A stretch of 64,000 nucleotides of DNA from an uncultured Candidatus Saccharibacteria bacterium (GTDB taxonomy: Bacteria; Patescibacteriota; Minisyncoccia; Phycocordibacterales; Zambryskibacteraceae), in the NCBI GenBank assembly GCA_964642835.1, contig CAZXQA010000001.1, positions 202,831-266,830 of the forward strand, written 5' to 3'. Below, piece after piece: positions 9,680 to 19,274 of this stretch (the stretch's first letter is position 1; every line of letters starts with the position of its first letter). The notes below the pieces were generated by a model. The model ran no database searches. It was not told the origin of the DNA and worked only from the letters and a program-made list of their open reading frames with translations. Made by a program: the position numbers and the translations under genes.

Positions 9680-10468
9680 ATGAAGCTGCCGTTGTATAAA
9701 GGGGTCACGGGATTTATGAGCAGGGCGCAAGCTATTGCTGCTCTGGATGCTGACGGGAATGAGGGCCGTCAACTCATGATCGGTGTTCTAGCAAGCGACA
9801 AGACGCTCCGGGGTGATTCGCCGACGGGAGCACGGTGGGTGAATCGTTATCCGAAAATTGATGACATTGCCTCGATTTTCATCGGTCACCCTGCCATCGT
9901 CAATCTCGTGCACTACAATACGAGGAACAGCGACGGCCTCTGCGAACAGCTCTATGAGCTGACGAAGAAGTCGGGGCCACACTGTCAGGGCTTCCAACTC
10001 AACATGGCGTGGCCGGATCCGAAGCAACTGCTCCGTTTCCATGCCCATACGAACTGGGAGAAGCGGATTGTGCTCCAGATCGGAGTCGGCGCCATGAAGC
10101 TACTCGACTGCAACCCCAAGCGAATCGCCGACAAGATTGGCGAGTATCTCGGGGCTCATCCGGTGATCCGAGATGCGCTCATCGACGCGAGTGGAGGCCT
10201 CGGCACGGACTTCGTGCTTGAGGACACCCGCGAACTGGTCAGGGAGATCTGCAGTCGGCACTACGAGGCCAATCTCGGTGTTGCGGGTGGTCTTCACGCC
10301 GGTAACCTTCATCGGCTCGTACCGCTTCTCGAGGAGGCTAACAAGTTCGGGCAGAGTTTGAGCATCGATGCTGAAGGGAAGTTGCGTCAGACACCGGAAG
10401 ACCCTCTCGATGTGAGGCTCATGGCTGACTACCTTGTTGCAGTAGAGGCCCTGTTCCTCAAGTTTTGA
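9680..10468 (+). CDS. Orphan TIM-barrel protein (TrpF/PRAI-like fold), SD-led
   Basis: GFQLN, LIDASGGLG, GVAGGL, SIDAEGKLR motifs; TTGACA 9613, GGAGG 9671, terminator 10481-10514. Confidence 0.65.
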   Translation: MKLPLYKGVTGFMSRAQAIAALDADGNEGRQLMIGVLASDKTLRGDSPTGARWVNRYPKIDDIASIFIGHPAIVNLVHYNTRNSDGLCEQLYELTKKSGPHCQGFQLNMAWPDPKQLLRFHAHTNWEKRIVLQIGVGAMKLLDCNPKRIADKIGEYLGAHPVIRDALIDASGGLGTDFVLEDTRELVREICSRHYEANLGVAGGLHAGNLHRLVPLLEEANKFGQSLSIDAEGKLRQTPEDPLDVRLMADYLVAVEALFLKF

Positions 10469-10545
10469 GTCCCACACACAAACACCCGCCAGAGCGATCT
10501 GGCGGGTGTCTTTTATACCTAATCTTGAATGCTGGGTATTACGAG

Positions 10546-12369
10546 CTACACACCCAAGATGACAGGGATGACGATAGGCTTCTTGGCCGTCTTCTGGAAG
10601 AGGAAGCGAGAAATGTCTTCCGTCACGGCGTTCTTGGCGTTGTCGAAGTTGTGCGGATTGCCGGGCACCGAGGTGTGTTTCTCGATACTATGCTTGATGA
10701 TGTTGCGAGCTTCGGAGAGAAGAGCTTGAGATTCGCGCAGATAAACGAAGCCGCGGGCAATGATGTCCGGGCTCTTCTTCAACCTGCCGTTTCGGGCGTT
10801 CACGATAGCCACGACGACGAAGATGCCGTCCGCGGAGAGCATCTTGCGGTCACGAATGACGACATCTGGGATGTCACCAACGACCATGCCTTCGACGACC
10901 ATATCTTCAGATTGTGCCTTCTCCTTCAACTTCACGAGAGTCTGACCCTTGTCGCGGAGTTCGATGATGGAACCGTTCTCAGGGACGACGATGTTCTCGC
11001 GAGGCGTACCGAGGTTCGCGGCCAATTCGGCATGCATCTTCAAGCGGAAGTGAGAACCGTGGATTGGCATAAAGAACTTGTACGGAATCTGGCGATGGAT
11101 CCACTCAAGTTCACCGCGCTTACCGTGACCCGAGGTGTGCACGTCGGAGTCGAGGTAGGTGATGATGCGCGCGTCATGGCGGAAGAGGTTGTCCTTGAGC
11201 TTCTCAACGGCGCGGTCGTTACCTGGAATGACGGAGGAAGAAAGGATAACCGTGTCCGAGCGCTGGAGACGGATCTGCTTGTGAGTCTTGTTGGCCATGC
11301 GACCGAGCGCGGCGAACTCTTCGCCCTGAGCACCGGTTACGATCATCATGACTTTGTTGGGAGCGAGCTTGTCGAGCTCTTCGAGCGGCGCGAGGTGGTC
11401 GGTGTTCACGAGATTCAAATGCTTGATGATCTCGATGTTCGTCTTCATGCTCCTGCCTTCGATGACAACCTTGCGGCCGTAGCGCTTGGCGCTATTAATG
11501 AATTCGATAATACGCTCAACCTGAGAGGCGAAGGTGGCAATGACGACGCGGCCCGGTGCATCCTTCACGAGAGCGTCGATGTTCTTCAAGATCGAGGCCT
11601 CAGAAGGCGAGAAGCCTGGCTTGTCGATACCGGTCGAGTCCATGGTAAAGAGAAGGGTCTTCCTATCCTTAAACATGCTGTAGTACTCGACTTCTTTGTC
11701 GACTGGGACGCCGGCTTCATTCTCGACGCGTACGTCACCGGTGTTCACGATGTCGCCGAACGGTGTTTCGATAATGACGCCAGTCGAATCCGGGATCGAG
11801 TGCGTGAGTCCGAAGAAGCGAATCTTTAAGTTGGCAGATACAGGGATGGACTTGTCAGAGGCATCGACAATACGGATGTCGAGCGGAGCGAGCTGCGGGA
11901 ATTCTTCCTGACGCTTCTTAATGAGAAGGGCGCCGAACTCGCGAGTGTAAATCGGCGGATTGCCGAGACGCTCGATGAGGAAGGGGATACCGCCGATGTG
12001 GTCGAGGTGACCATGGGTCACGGCGAGAGCGCGGATCTTGTGTTTGCGCTCTTCAAGATACTTCGTGTTGGGAAGAATGTAGTCGATGCCTGGCGTGTCG
12101 TCGTTCGAGAAGAGAATGCCGGCATCAATGACGATGATATCGTCACCATACTCGATGGCGGTCATGTTGCGACCGATTTCCTCCGTGCCGCCCAAAGGAA
12201 TGATGCGGATCGTTTCCGGAGCGAGAGGCGGAATGACGTCGATCGGTTTCTTGGCCGGGAGTGGAGCCTGCGTGCGGCGGCGCATGTTCTTGTGACGAAG
12301 ACTCTTCGTGAAGTTCGAACGAGCCGGCGCGACGGTTGGCGTAGAAGCGGGGGTGTGAGTTGGGTTCAT
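10546..12369 (-). CDS. rnj: Ribonuclease J
   Basis: PLGGTEEIGRN, THGHLDHIG, HSIPD, HTSGH, PIHG. Confidence 0.95.
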   Translation of the reverse strand: MNPTHTPASTPTVAPARSNFTKSLRHKNMRRRTQAPLPAKKPIDVIPPLAPETIRIIPLGGTEEIGRNMTAIEYGDDIIVIDAGILFSNDDTPGIDYILPNTKYLEERKHKIRALAVTHGHLDHIGGIPFLIERLGNPPIYTREFGALLIKKRQEEFPQLAPLDIRIVDASDKSIPVSANLKIRFFGLTHSIPDSTGVIIETPFGDIVNTGDVRVENEAGVPVDKEVEYYSMFKDRKTLLFTMDSTGIDKPGFSPSEASILKNIDALVKDAPGRVVIATFASQVERIIEFINSAKRYGRKVVIEGRSMKTNIEIIKHLNLVNTDHLAPLEELDKLAPNKVMMIVTGAQGEEFAALGRMANKTHKQIRLQRSDTVILSSSVIPGNDRAVEKLKDNLFRHDARIITYLDSDVHTSGHGKRGELEWIHRQIPYKFFMPIHGSHFRLKMHAELAANLGTPRENIVVPENGSIIELRDKGQTLVKLKEKAQSEDMVVEGMVVGDIPDVVIRDRKMLSADGIFVVVAIVNARNGRLKKSPDIIARGFVYLRESQALLSEARNIIKHSIEKHTSVPGNPHNFDNAKNAVTEDISRFLFQKTAKKPIVIPVILGV

Positions 12370-12468
12370 GGAATGCGTTACGGAATAATTATGTGTAATG
12401 GCTAACGAGGCACTGAGCACTAGGAGCGAAGGGATGCTTCACGCCTACTGTGCAATGTCTCCTAACTT

Positions 12469-14223
12469 TTATTTAAGGAAGATGCTCCACACCTTGTCTG
12501 TTTCGACGTACCAGTTACGAATCCCGGCAAAGCGGTCTTGGGAGGCAAGAAGAGCGCCAACGGTGACGGACTTCACCTTCTCCGGAAGGACGTACAGGAA
12601 GTTTGGCGTGTAGAGAAAGACGGCCGGCACGTCCTTTGCGACTTCGGCAGCGAAGGCTTTGTCATCTGCCTCTACTTCACTCTGGTCAGCGGCGCTGCGC
12701 GCTTCTTCGAGCAACTTGTCAGCCTTTGAATTCGCGTAGATCGCGATGTTGAGACCGGGATCGGTGCGTTGAGAAGAGTGCCAGAAAGGATAGAGATCGG
12801 CATCGCGGCCTACCATTTCACCGAAAAGAAGAGCGTCGAAAACTCTCGGACGAATAACGCTCTGGTTCAGCTCTCCCGTTTCGAAGGCGAGAACGCTGAC
12901 CGTGGCACCGAGTTTCTCCCAGGCAGCGACGAGGTGATTCGCAACTTCCTTGAGCTCCGGAGCGTCACCGGTAGAGATGGAAAACGACAAAGTCATTGTA
13001 TCGTTTCCAATCTTTTTTTCAAGTTTGCCCGTTTCGCTATTTGGCTTCCAGCCTGCCGCCGCAAGGACGCCACGCGCTTCCTCCAGAGCTGTTTCTGGGG
13101 TAGTGGAAGCCGTATAGGTTGTCCACGGATAGAGACCAGCTGGCAAGGGGCCGTCGATCGGAGTGGCGAAGCCGCCGAAGACTTCCGTGATGATTTCCTG
13201 GCGAGGTGCGGTGAGGTTTAAGGCTTGGCGGACAGCCTTGTCCTGAAGGACTTTAGAGCGGCTCTGGTTAAAGAAGACGGCAAAGATTCTCGGGAGTGGC
13301 GAGTCGATCACCTGACGATCCTTAGCTTCCAATTCTTCCAAACGCTCCGGCGAAATACCAGCCACGCTCTCAACATGATTTCCATTATAGGCATCGATCA
13401 GCATCGTTTCAGAGGGATAGAAGCGGAAGACGAGCGTTTTCAAAAAGGGTTCCTCGTTCTTGGTGTCCTTGGCCGGCGAAAGCTCGTAGTAATCGGGGAT
13501 GCCGCCTTCATTGCGCTCGACCCGAGCAATCTGGTACGGGCCGGAGCCAACTGGCAAGGTATTGAACTGGCTAAAGGAGAATTCGTCAGCTGTCACGTTC
13601 TTCCAAATGTGGCGCGGCAGAATACCGATGGTGAGGTTGTATATGAAGGGAGCGTACGGTTTCTTTAAAGTGAAGGCGACAGTCAAATCGTCGATCTTGG
13701 TAACCGTAATCCCTTCCCAGTTACCACGGCGGGGGCTCTTGATAAGCGGGTCGATAATCTTTCCCACCGTAAAGACGACGTCGTCGGCCGTCACTGGAGT
13801 ACCGTCATGGAAGCGGGCGTCCGTGTCGAGGGTGACGGTGTACGTGAGCAAGTTCTCGGCAATTGTAATTGAGCTCGCGAGATCATTCTCCACCTTACCT
13901 TCTGGTGTGACGCGTACAAGACCTGAGTAAATAAGAGCCGTGAGATTCTTGTCCGCCTCGGAGAGAGCGAGAACGGGGTTAATGAAGCGAGGATTACCCA
14001 CAATACCCTCCGTAAGTTTGCCACCTTCGGTCGGGACGCTGACAAGATAAGCGTCCGAAACGCTCCAGAGGAGAATAAGCCCACTTGCGATAAAGAGCGT
14101 CGCGCACACGGTAAAGACCGCGCGTTCCGCCAGAGTGAAGGATTGTATCGTCCGACGGACGGCGCGTTCCTTAGGGAGATTGTAGCGCCGACGGAGCAGC
14201 GCACGGAGATCAGAATAGTTCAT
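12469..14223 (-). CDS. Peptide ABC transporter substrate-binding protein (OppA/SBP family 5)
   Basis: FHDGTPVTADDVVFT, PVGSGPY, VRQAL; N-terminal TM anchor. Confidence 0.9.
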   Translation of the reverse strand: MNYSDLRALLRRRYNLPKERAVRRTIQSFTLAERAVFTVCATLFIASGLILLWSVSDAYLVSVPTEGGKLTEGIVGNPRFINPVLALSEADKNLTALIYSGLVRVTPEGKVENDLASSITIAENLLTYTVTLDTDARFHDGTPVTADDVVFTVGKIIDPLIKSPRRGNWEGITVTKIDDLTVAFTLKKPYAPFIYNLTIGILPRHIWKNVTADEFSFSQFNTLPVGSGPYQIARVERNEGGIPDYYELSPAKDTKNEEPFLKTLVFRFYPSETMLIDAYNGNHVESVAGISPERLEELEAKDRQVIDSPLPRIFAVFFNQSRSKVLQDKAVRQALNLTAPRQEIITEVFGGFATPIDGPLPAGLYPWTTYTASTTPETALEEARGVLAAAGWKPNSETGKLEKKIGNDTMTLSFSISTGDAPELKEVANHLVAAWEKLGATVSVLAFETGELNQSVIRPRVFDALLFGEMVGRDADLYPFWHSSQRTDPGLNIAIYANSKADKLLEEARSAADQSEVEADDKAFAAEVAKDVPAVFLYTPNFLYVLPEKVKSVTVGALLASQDRFAGIRNWYVETDKVWSIFLK

Positions 14224-14250
14224 GCAAGAGAACCCCAGAGTGGGGAGAAT

Positions 14251-14472
14251 TTAGCGGACGAGAAGCGGCAGGAGAGCGGAAACACCGAAGAGAATCGCCA
14301 GCACAAGCGTGACGTTGAAGAGGAATTTCTCGAAACCGCGTCGAGTAAAGCGGGCACCGAAGGAGCCGTCGCCGCCGAAGCCGGAACCGAGGCTTGCTTC
14401 CGAGCGCTGAAGGAGGATTCCAGCGGTGAGCAAGATGCTTAAGATGACCTGAATGTAAGGCAGGTATGCCAT
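14251..14472 (-). CDS. secG: Preprotein translocase subunit SecG
   Basis: ILLQRS..LGSGFGG..TRRGFEKFL, 2 TM helices. Confidence 0.92.
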   Translation of the reverse strand: MAYLPYIQVILSILLTAGILLQRSEASLGSGFGGDGSFGARFTRRGFEKFLFNVTLVLAILFGVSALLPLLVR

Positions 14473-14540
14473 AAGGGATACCTACACATAATACTCCAAG
14501 TTGACTTAGACGTCCATTTCTATACAATTTTGGCCAACGC

Positions 14541-14846
14541 ATGAAGAAAGTAGTGAAAAAAGCGAAGACAAAGATCATTCCTCTCGGTGAACGCGTTCTT
14601 GTTCGTCCTTTCACGGAAGCCGAACTTTCTCAAGGTGAAGGTAAGAAGAAATTTTCCTTCGTGCTCCCGGAATCCATGAGCAAGGAGAAGTCCGGGCAGG
14701 GAATTGTGCTCGCTGTAGGGGAAAGCAAGAAGATAAAGGTGGGTAATCGCATTCTCTTTAGTAAGTACGCCTATGACGAAGTGGAGGTGAACGGAGAAGA
14801 ACTCTATTTGTTGAAGGAGGAAAACGTGCTCGCAATCATTACATAA
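14541..14846 (+). CDS. groES: Co-chaperonin GroES
   Basis: PLGERVLV, VLAVG, FSKYA, ENVLAII. Confidence 0.9.
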   Translation: MKKVVKKAKTKIIPLGERVLVRPFTEAELSQGEGKKKFSFVLPESMSKEKSGQGIVLAVGESKKIKVGNRILFSKYAYDEVEVNGEELYLLKEENVLAIIT

Positions 14847-14847
14847 T

Positions 14848-16470
14848 ATGGCCAAGAACATTTTGCATGGTGAAGAAGCTCGGGCCGCGCTCAAGCGCGG
14901 GATTGATGCCGTCGCGAACGCGGTAAGGATCACGATTGGCCCCCGCGGACGCAACGTCGTCCTCGACAAGGGATACGGCGCGCCAACGATCACGAACGAC
15001 GGTGTCACCATTGCCCGTGATATCACACTCTCAGATAAGTTCGAGAACATGGGCGCCGAAATCGTGAAGGAAGTAGCCACGAAGACGAACGATAAGGCGG
15101 GCGACGGTACGACAACCTCTGTTGTTCTTACTCAGGCTCTCGCGGATGCTGGTTTCCGGAAGGCAGCTGCGGGGATAAATGCCATGGGTATGCGTCGCGG
15201 GATCGAAGCCGCGGCTAAGGACGCCGTCGCCGCTTTAAAGAAGCTCGCTAAACCGACGAAAACGGATGAGGAGATCCGTCAGGCAGCCACCATCTCAGCC
15301 GAATCGGAGGAAATCGGCGGTATTATCGCGGAAACGATCAAGAAAATTGGCAAAGATGGTGTTGTGACCGTCGAGGAGTCACAATCCTTCGGCATTACTT
15401 CCGAAGTCGTTGAAGGCCTCCAGTTCGACAAGGGATATCTTTCGCACTACTTCGTGACGAACCCGGAGCGCCTCGAAGCTGAGTATCGCGACCCAGCTAT
15501 TTTGCTTACCGATAAGAAGATCTCGAGCGTGAAGGATTTGCTCCCTCTTTTTGAAAAACTGGCCGCCACTGGCAAGAAGGACCTCGTTCTTATCGCGGAT
15601 GATGTCGACGGCGAAGCTCTGACAACCTTCGTCCTCAACAAACTGCGCGGCTCCTTTAACATCCTCGCCGTGAAGGCCCCTGGCTTCGGAGACAAGAAGA
15701 AAGATTACTTGGCGGATATCGCCGCGACAGTTGGCGGTAAGGTCATCTCGGACGATACTGGGCTCACCTTTGAGAAAGCCGACCTCACTGCCTTGGGTCG
15801 GGCCGCACGCGTCGTCTCTCGCAAGGACTCGACGACGATTGTTGGGGGCAAGGGGACTCGTGCGGCCGTTGCGGCTCGTATCAGCGCGCTTAAAGCTGAG
15901 CGGGAGAGAGCGACGTCGAAATATGAGAAGGAACAGCTCGATGAGCGCATCGGCAAGCTCGCGGGTGGCGTGGCGGTGATCAAGGTGGGCGCCGCCACCG
16001 AGACGGAGATGAAATATTTGAAATTGAAGATCGAAGATGCCGTGAACGCGACGAAGGCAGCGATCGCGGAGGGGATTGTGGCCGGTGGCGGCGCCGCTTT
16101 GGCCAAAGTTTCAGGGAAGCTGAGTGAAGCCTTTAAACCAACGGAGGAAACCGACTTCACCGCTGGGTACAAGATCGTCATTGATGCTCTCCAAGCACCG
16201 CTTCGCCGGATTGCTCAGAATGCTGGCAAGGACGAAGGGGTTGTTGTGAACACCGTCATGCGAGGTGGAGAGAAATCGGGTTATGACGCGTTGGCGGACG
16301 TCTACGTGGAAGACATGTTCGCGGCTGGCATCATCGACCCCGTGAAGGTCACTCGCGCCGCTCTCGAGCATGCTGCTTCCGCCGTTGCTATTCTCCTCAC
16401 GACCGAGGTGGCGATTGCCGATGAGCCGGAGAAGGGAAAGAATGTTCCTCAATCCAATCTCGACTACTAG
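14848..16470 (+). CDS. groEL: Chaperonin GroEL
   Basis: GPRGRNV, TNDGVTIA, GDGTTT, KAPGFGD. Confidence 0.97.
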   Translation: MAKNILHGEEARAALKRGIDAVANAVRITIGPRGRNVVLDKGYGAPTITNDGVTIARDITLSDKFENMGAEIVKEVATKTNDKAGDGTTTSVVLTQALADAGFRKAAAGINAMGMRRGIEAAAKDAVAALKKLAKPTKTDEEIRQAATISAESEEIGGIIAETIKKIGKDGVVTVEESQSFGITSEVVEGLQFDKGYLSHYFVTNPERLEAEYRDPAILLTDKKISSVKDLLPLFEKLAATGKKDLVLIADDVDGEALTTFVLNKLRGSFNILAVKAPGFGDKKKDYLADIAATVGGKVISDDTGLTFEKADLTALGRAARVVSRKDSTTIVGGKGTRAAVAARISALKAERERATSKYEKEQLDERIGKLAGGVAVIKVGAATETEMKYLKLKIEDAVNATKAAIAEGIVAGGGAALAKVSGKLSEAFKPTEETDFTAGYKIVIDALQAPLRRIAQNAGKDEGVVVNTVMRGGEKSGYDALADVYVEDMFAAGIIDPVKVTRAALEHAASAVAILLTTEVAIADEPEKGKNVPQSNLDY

Positions 16471-16542
16471 ACAGATATTCTGTAAAGGTCTAGTATCTGC
16501 CCCAGTTCGCTCCTTAGTTTCTCACCAATTGGGAGGTCCATC

Positions 16543-16971
16543 GTGCTCCGTAAAATCTCGATAATTCTGGTTTTTTTGTTTTGCGGCCTGTTTTTCTGGT
16601 CCGTTGTCGTGAGTGCTCGTACTCGTTACGTAACGCTGGGAGGGGAACGGAAACAGCTCGCGCTGAACGTCCAGGAATTCGCGAAGGATTACAGCGGAGG
16701 CAGGGTGCTCAGCATTCTCTCTGCTTCGTCGGGTGGCCTCAACTCTACGACTTATACGACATATCTCATCGAAGATCGTGTGGGCGAGAGGCGTCTCTCC
16801 ATAGTTGTCACCGGTTACATGCGGGAAAAAGGATTCGAGTTTTGCGCGGTCAGCGATGAAATATCCTTTCAGGCTCTTGAAGTACCGCAAAACGTTTCCT
16901 GGTTTGAGGTGCTCTTGCCCTTTCAAAGAGATCAGGCCGAGTTCCTCAAGGCGACCTGCAAGAAGAAATAA
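16543..16971 (+). CDS. Orphan exported protein, SD-led
   Basis: TAGACA-17-TAGTAT (16468-16496), GGGAGG 16531, GTG start, signal peptide, terminator 16977-17004. Confidence 0.65.
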   Translation: MLRKISIILVFLFCGLFFWSVVVSARTRYVTLGGERKQLALNVQEFAKDYSGGRVLSILSASSGGLNSTTYTTYLIEDRVGERRLSIVVTGYMREKGFEFCAVSDEISFQALEVPQNVSWFEVLLPFQRDQAEFLKATCKKK

Positions 16972-17079
16972 ATACTGAAAGCGGACCGTAAGGCCCGCTT
17001 TCTCTTATCTTTTACCCTCTCCTTACGCCTTGGAGAGGGCAGCGAAGCCGAGTGAGGTCTTTTATGCTAAAATAGAGAC

Positions 17080-17634
17080 ATGTCATTCATCACCATCATT
17101 TTGATCATCGTGGCTGTGTTTGTGCTCTGGATTATCTTTGCGTACAACTCCTTTATCCGCCTCATCAACCGCGGTAAGGAAGCCTGGTCGGATATCGACA
17201 TCCAGCTCAAGCGACGCTACGACCTCATCCCGAACCTGGTGAATACCGTCAAGGCCTATGCTCTCCACGAGGCTCAAGCCTTCGAAAACGTTACCAAGGC
17301 TCGCACCGCCGCCATGAACGCGGGCACCTTGGCGGAAAAGAGCCAGGCCGAGAACATGCTCACAGGCGCCCTCAAATCTCTCTTCGCCGTCTCGGAAGCG
17401 TATCCGGATCTTAAGGCGAATCAGAACTTCTTGAACCTTCAGAACGAACTCTCCGACACCGAGAACAAGATTCAAGCCGCTCGTCGCTTCTACAACGGGA
17501 ACGTCCGCGATCTCAACACGAAGATCGAAACCTTCCCCAACAACATGATCGCGAACTTCTTCCGCGTCTCGAAGATGGAATTCTTCCAGCTCGAATCTGA
17601 AGCCGAACGAGAACCGGTCAAGGTTCAGTTTTAA
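17080..17634 (+). CDS. lemA: LemA family protein
   Basis: AWSDIDIQLKRRYDLIPNLV, YPDLKAN, ARRFYN. Confidence 0.95.
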   Translation: MSFITIILIIVAVFVLWIIFAYNSFIRLINRGKEAWSDIDIQLKRRYDLIPNLVNTVKAYALHEAQAFENVTKARTAAMNAGTLAEKSQAENMLTGALKSLFAVSEAYPDLKANQNFLNLQNELSDTENKIQAARRFYNGNVRDLNTKIETFPNNMIANFFRVSKMEFFQLESEAEREPVKVQF

Positions 17635-18521
17635 TGTCGACACTCTACACGCATCAAGCAGAGAACTCCTGGAAGACCTGGGGCTTCATGGCCCTTTTCT
17701 TCGCGCTCATTGGACTCGTGGGATACGTCTTTGCCGCCGTAGAGAATAATCCGAGCTTCTTGTATATCGCCTTTGGGATCGCTCTTCTTCTGAACATCTT
17801 CTCCTACTGGTATGCGGACAAAATCGTCTTGAAGCTTCATAAAGCGAAACCCGTTACGCGTGCTGAGTACTTCGACCTCTGGAACGCGACCGAGAACCTG
17901 GCCATTACTGCCGGTCTTCCCATGCCGAAGCTCTACGTGGTGGAGGACGCGGCGCCGAACGCCTTTGCCACGGGGCGCGACAAGGAGCACGCCGTCGTTT
18001 GTGTCACCACCGGACTCCTCGCCATTCTCGACAAGACTGAGCTTGAGGGGGTGATTGCTCATGAGCTCTCTCATATTGGGAACCGAGACATGCTTCTCTC
18101 GACCGTAGTGGTGGTGCTCGTCGGCTTCATCGCTATTCTCTCCGACATGTTCCGTCGCTCAGCTTTCCTTGGTGGGCATCGTGATAGAGAAAACAACCAG
18201 GCGAATGGCATCCTTTTCGTAATTGGGATCATTGTTTCTCTGCTTGCTCCTCTGGCCGCGACTCTTATCCAACTTGCCATTTCTCGCAAGCGCGAGTTCC
18301 TCGCCGACGCTTCCGGCGCGCTTCTCACTCGATATCCGGAAGGCTTGGCGAGTGCGTTGAGGAAAATTTCTATGCATGGCGCTCCGCTTCGCACCGCTAC
18401 CAATGCCACGGCGCATCTCTTTATCGCGAATCCCTTTGCGGGGAAGAGTTCTGGCCTCGCGAAGCTTTTCATGACCCATCCACCGGTCAATGAGCGCATC
18501 CAAGCTCTCCTCGGTAAATAA
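17634..18521 (+). CDS. htpX: Zinc metalloprotease HtpX (M48)
   Basis: PNAFATG, HELSH, SRKREFLADA, THPP. Confidence 0.95.
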   Translation: MSTLYTHQAENSWKTWGFMALFFALIGLVGYVFAAVENNPSFLYIAFGIALLLNIFSYWYADKIVLKLHKAKPVTRAEYFDLWNATENLAITAGLPMPKLYVVEDAAPNAFATGRDKEHAVVCVTTGLLAILDKTELEGVIAHELSHIGNRDMLLSTVVVVLVGFIAILSDMFRRSAFLGGHRDRENNQANGILFVIGIIVSLLAPLAATLIQLAISRKREFLADASGALLTRYPEGLASALRKISMHGAPLRTATNATAHLFIANPFAGKSSGLAKLFMTHPPVNERIQALLGK

Positions 18522-18559
18522 TTCTTGCTTCTTTATTAGGGGAGGAGTATCGTTAATTC

Positions 18560-18702
18560 AGGCCTCGTTCCTCGGAGCCGTGCGCTCCGGTTCATTAACC
18601 GATCCATGGAGGTACCCTATTGAGGTAACCTATTTCTGGCTCATCTCCCGCTCCTAAGGTTGATTGGTACCAAAAGCGGGCCCTCGCAAGGGGCCCGCTT
18701 TA
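18560..18702 (+). ncRNA. Candidate small RNA transcription unit (~140 nt)
   Basis: TTGCTT-17-TATCGT promoter at 18525-18553, internal hairpins, strong terminator 18673-18702, no convincing ORF. Confidence 0.4.
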
Positions 18703-18852
18703 TTTATATTGAAAATCCGCCTCTTTTGAGCCATGTATTGACCCGCTTGACAAGATTAGATGGGGGGTGTATGATGAAATAGTTCCATTGGTGAGATCCA
18801 TTGTTCTTTCCAACAACCGTTGGCTGTGAGGCCAACCAGAAACGGAGTCAGG

Positions 18853-18981
18853 ATGCGCAAGTATCACGACAGCGCGGGGGCGATGCTCCCCCTTAACCTT
18901 TTTTCCTCGGGAAGCAACAAGGCCGCCGTCGGCGCGCCCGTCATCCACGCCGGCGCGACGCCCGGCACGCAGACTCAGTAG
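18853..18981 (+). CDS. 42-aa orphan peptide MRKYHDSAGAMLPLNLFSSGSNKAAVGAPVIHAGATPGTQTQ, SD-led
   Basis: TTGACA-17-TATGAT (18747-18775), GGAG SD, terminator 19061-19094. Confidence 0.5.
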   Translation: MRKYHDSAGAMLPLNLFSSGSNKAAVGAPVIHAGATPGTQTQ

Positions 18982-19135
18982 CTGCCGGCCGCGCGGCCGT
19001 CAGTCATCCCCTGGTGGCGCAACCTATGACAAGGTCACCTCCGTAATATTCGGAATACCCTAGACCGGCTTCTCTTCAAGAGGCCGGTCTTTTTCTATAC
19101 CTAAACCCTGAGCTGTGCTATAAATGAGTTTCCAC

Positions 19136-19223
19136 GGAGGCGTCGCATAGTGGTCTAGTGCGCACGCTTGGAAAGCGTGTATACCGCAAGGTATCCAGGG
19201 TTCGAATCCCTGCGCCTCCGCCA
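19136..19223 (+). tRNA. tRNA-Ser(GGA)
   Basis: Cloverleaf with long variable arm, anticodon loop TTGGAAA, GGTTCGAATCC, encoded CCA. Confidence 0.97.
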
Positions 19224-19243
19224 AAGTAAAGAAGGGCGCGTGA

Positions 19244-19274
19244 TATAGTTGAGCTGATGAAAAAAATTATTCTT
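19244..19274 (+). repeat. 31-nt direct repeat (second copy at 19758-19788) spanning -10 box and start
   Basis: TATAGTTGAGCT(G/T)ATGAAAAAA(A/C)TTATTCTT, 29/31 identical. Confidence 0.85.

Noticed and set aside
10465-11829. 454-aa plus-strand ORF, and similar long shadows at 2770-3846, 28476-29327, 29679-30650 and 44643-45482
   Set aside because: Antisense to well-supported genes; explained by codon bias, with no motifs
14848-16470. GroEL lacking the GGM tail as a pseudogene or novelty
   Set aside because: ORF is full-length with intact motifs; tail variation is common
17014-17057. CCCTCTCC..GGAGAGGG and CCTGCCC..GCAGGCGGG (58427-58462) hairpins as mobile elements
   Set aside because: Single short REP-like palindromes with no transposase or target duplication in the window
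18606-18782. TGA readthrough ORF (genetic code 25) from ATG 18606
   Set aside because: TGA is used as a stop elsewhere (5820, 10468) and core genes have no in-frame TGA; the frame crosses a terminator
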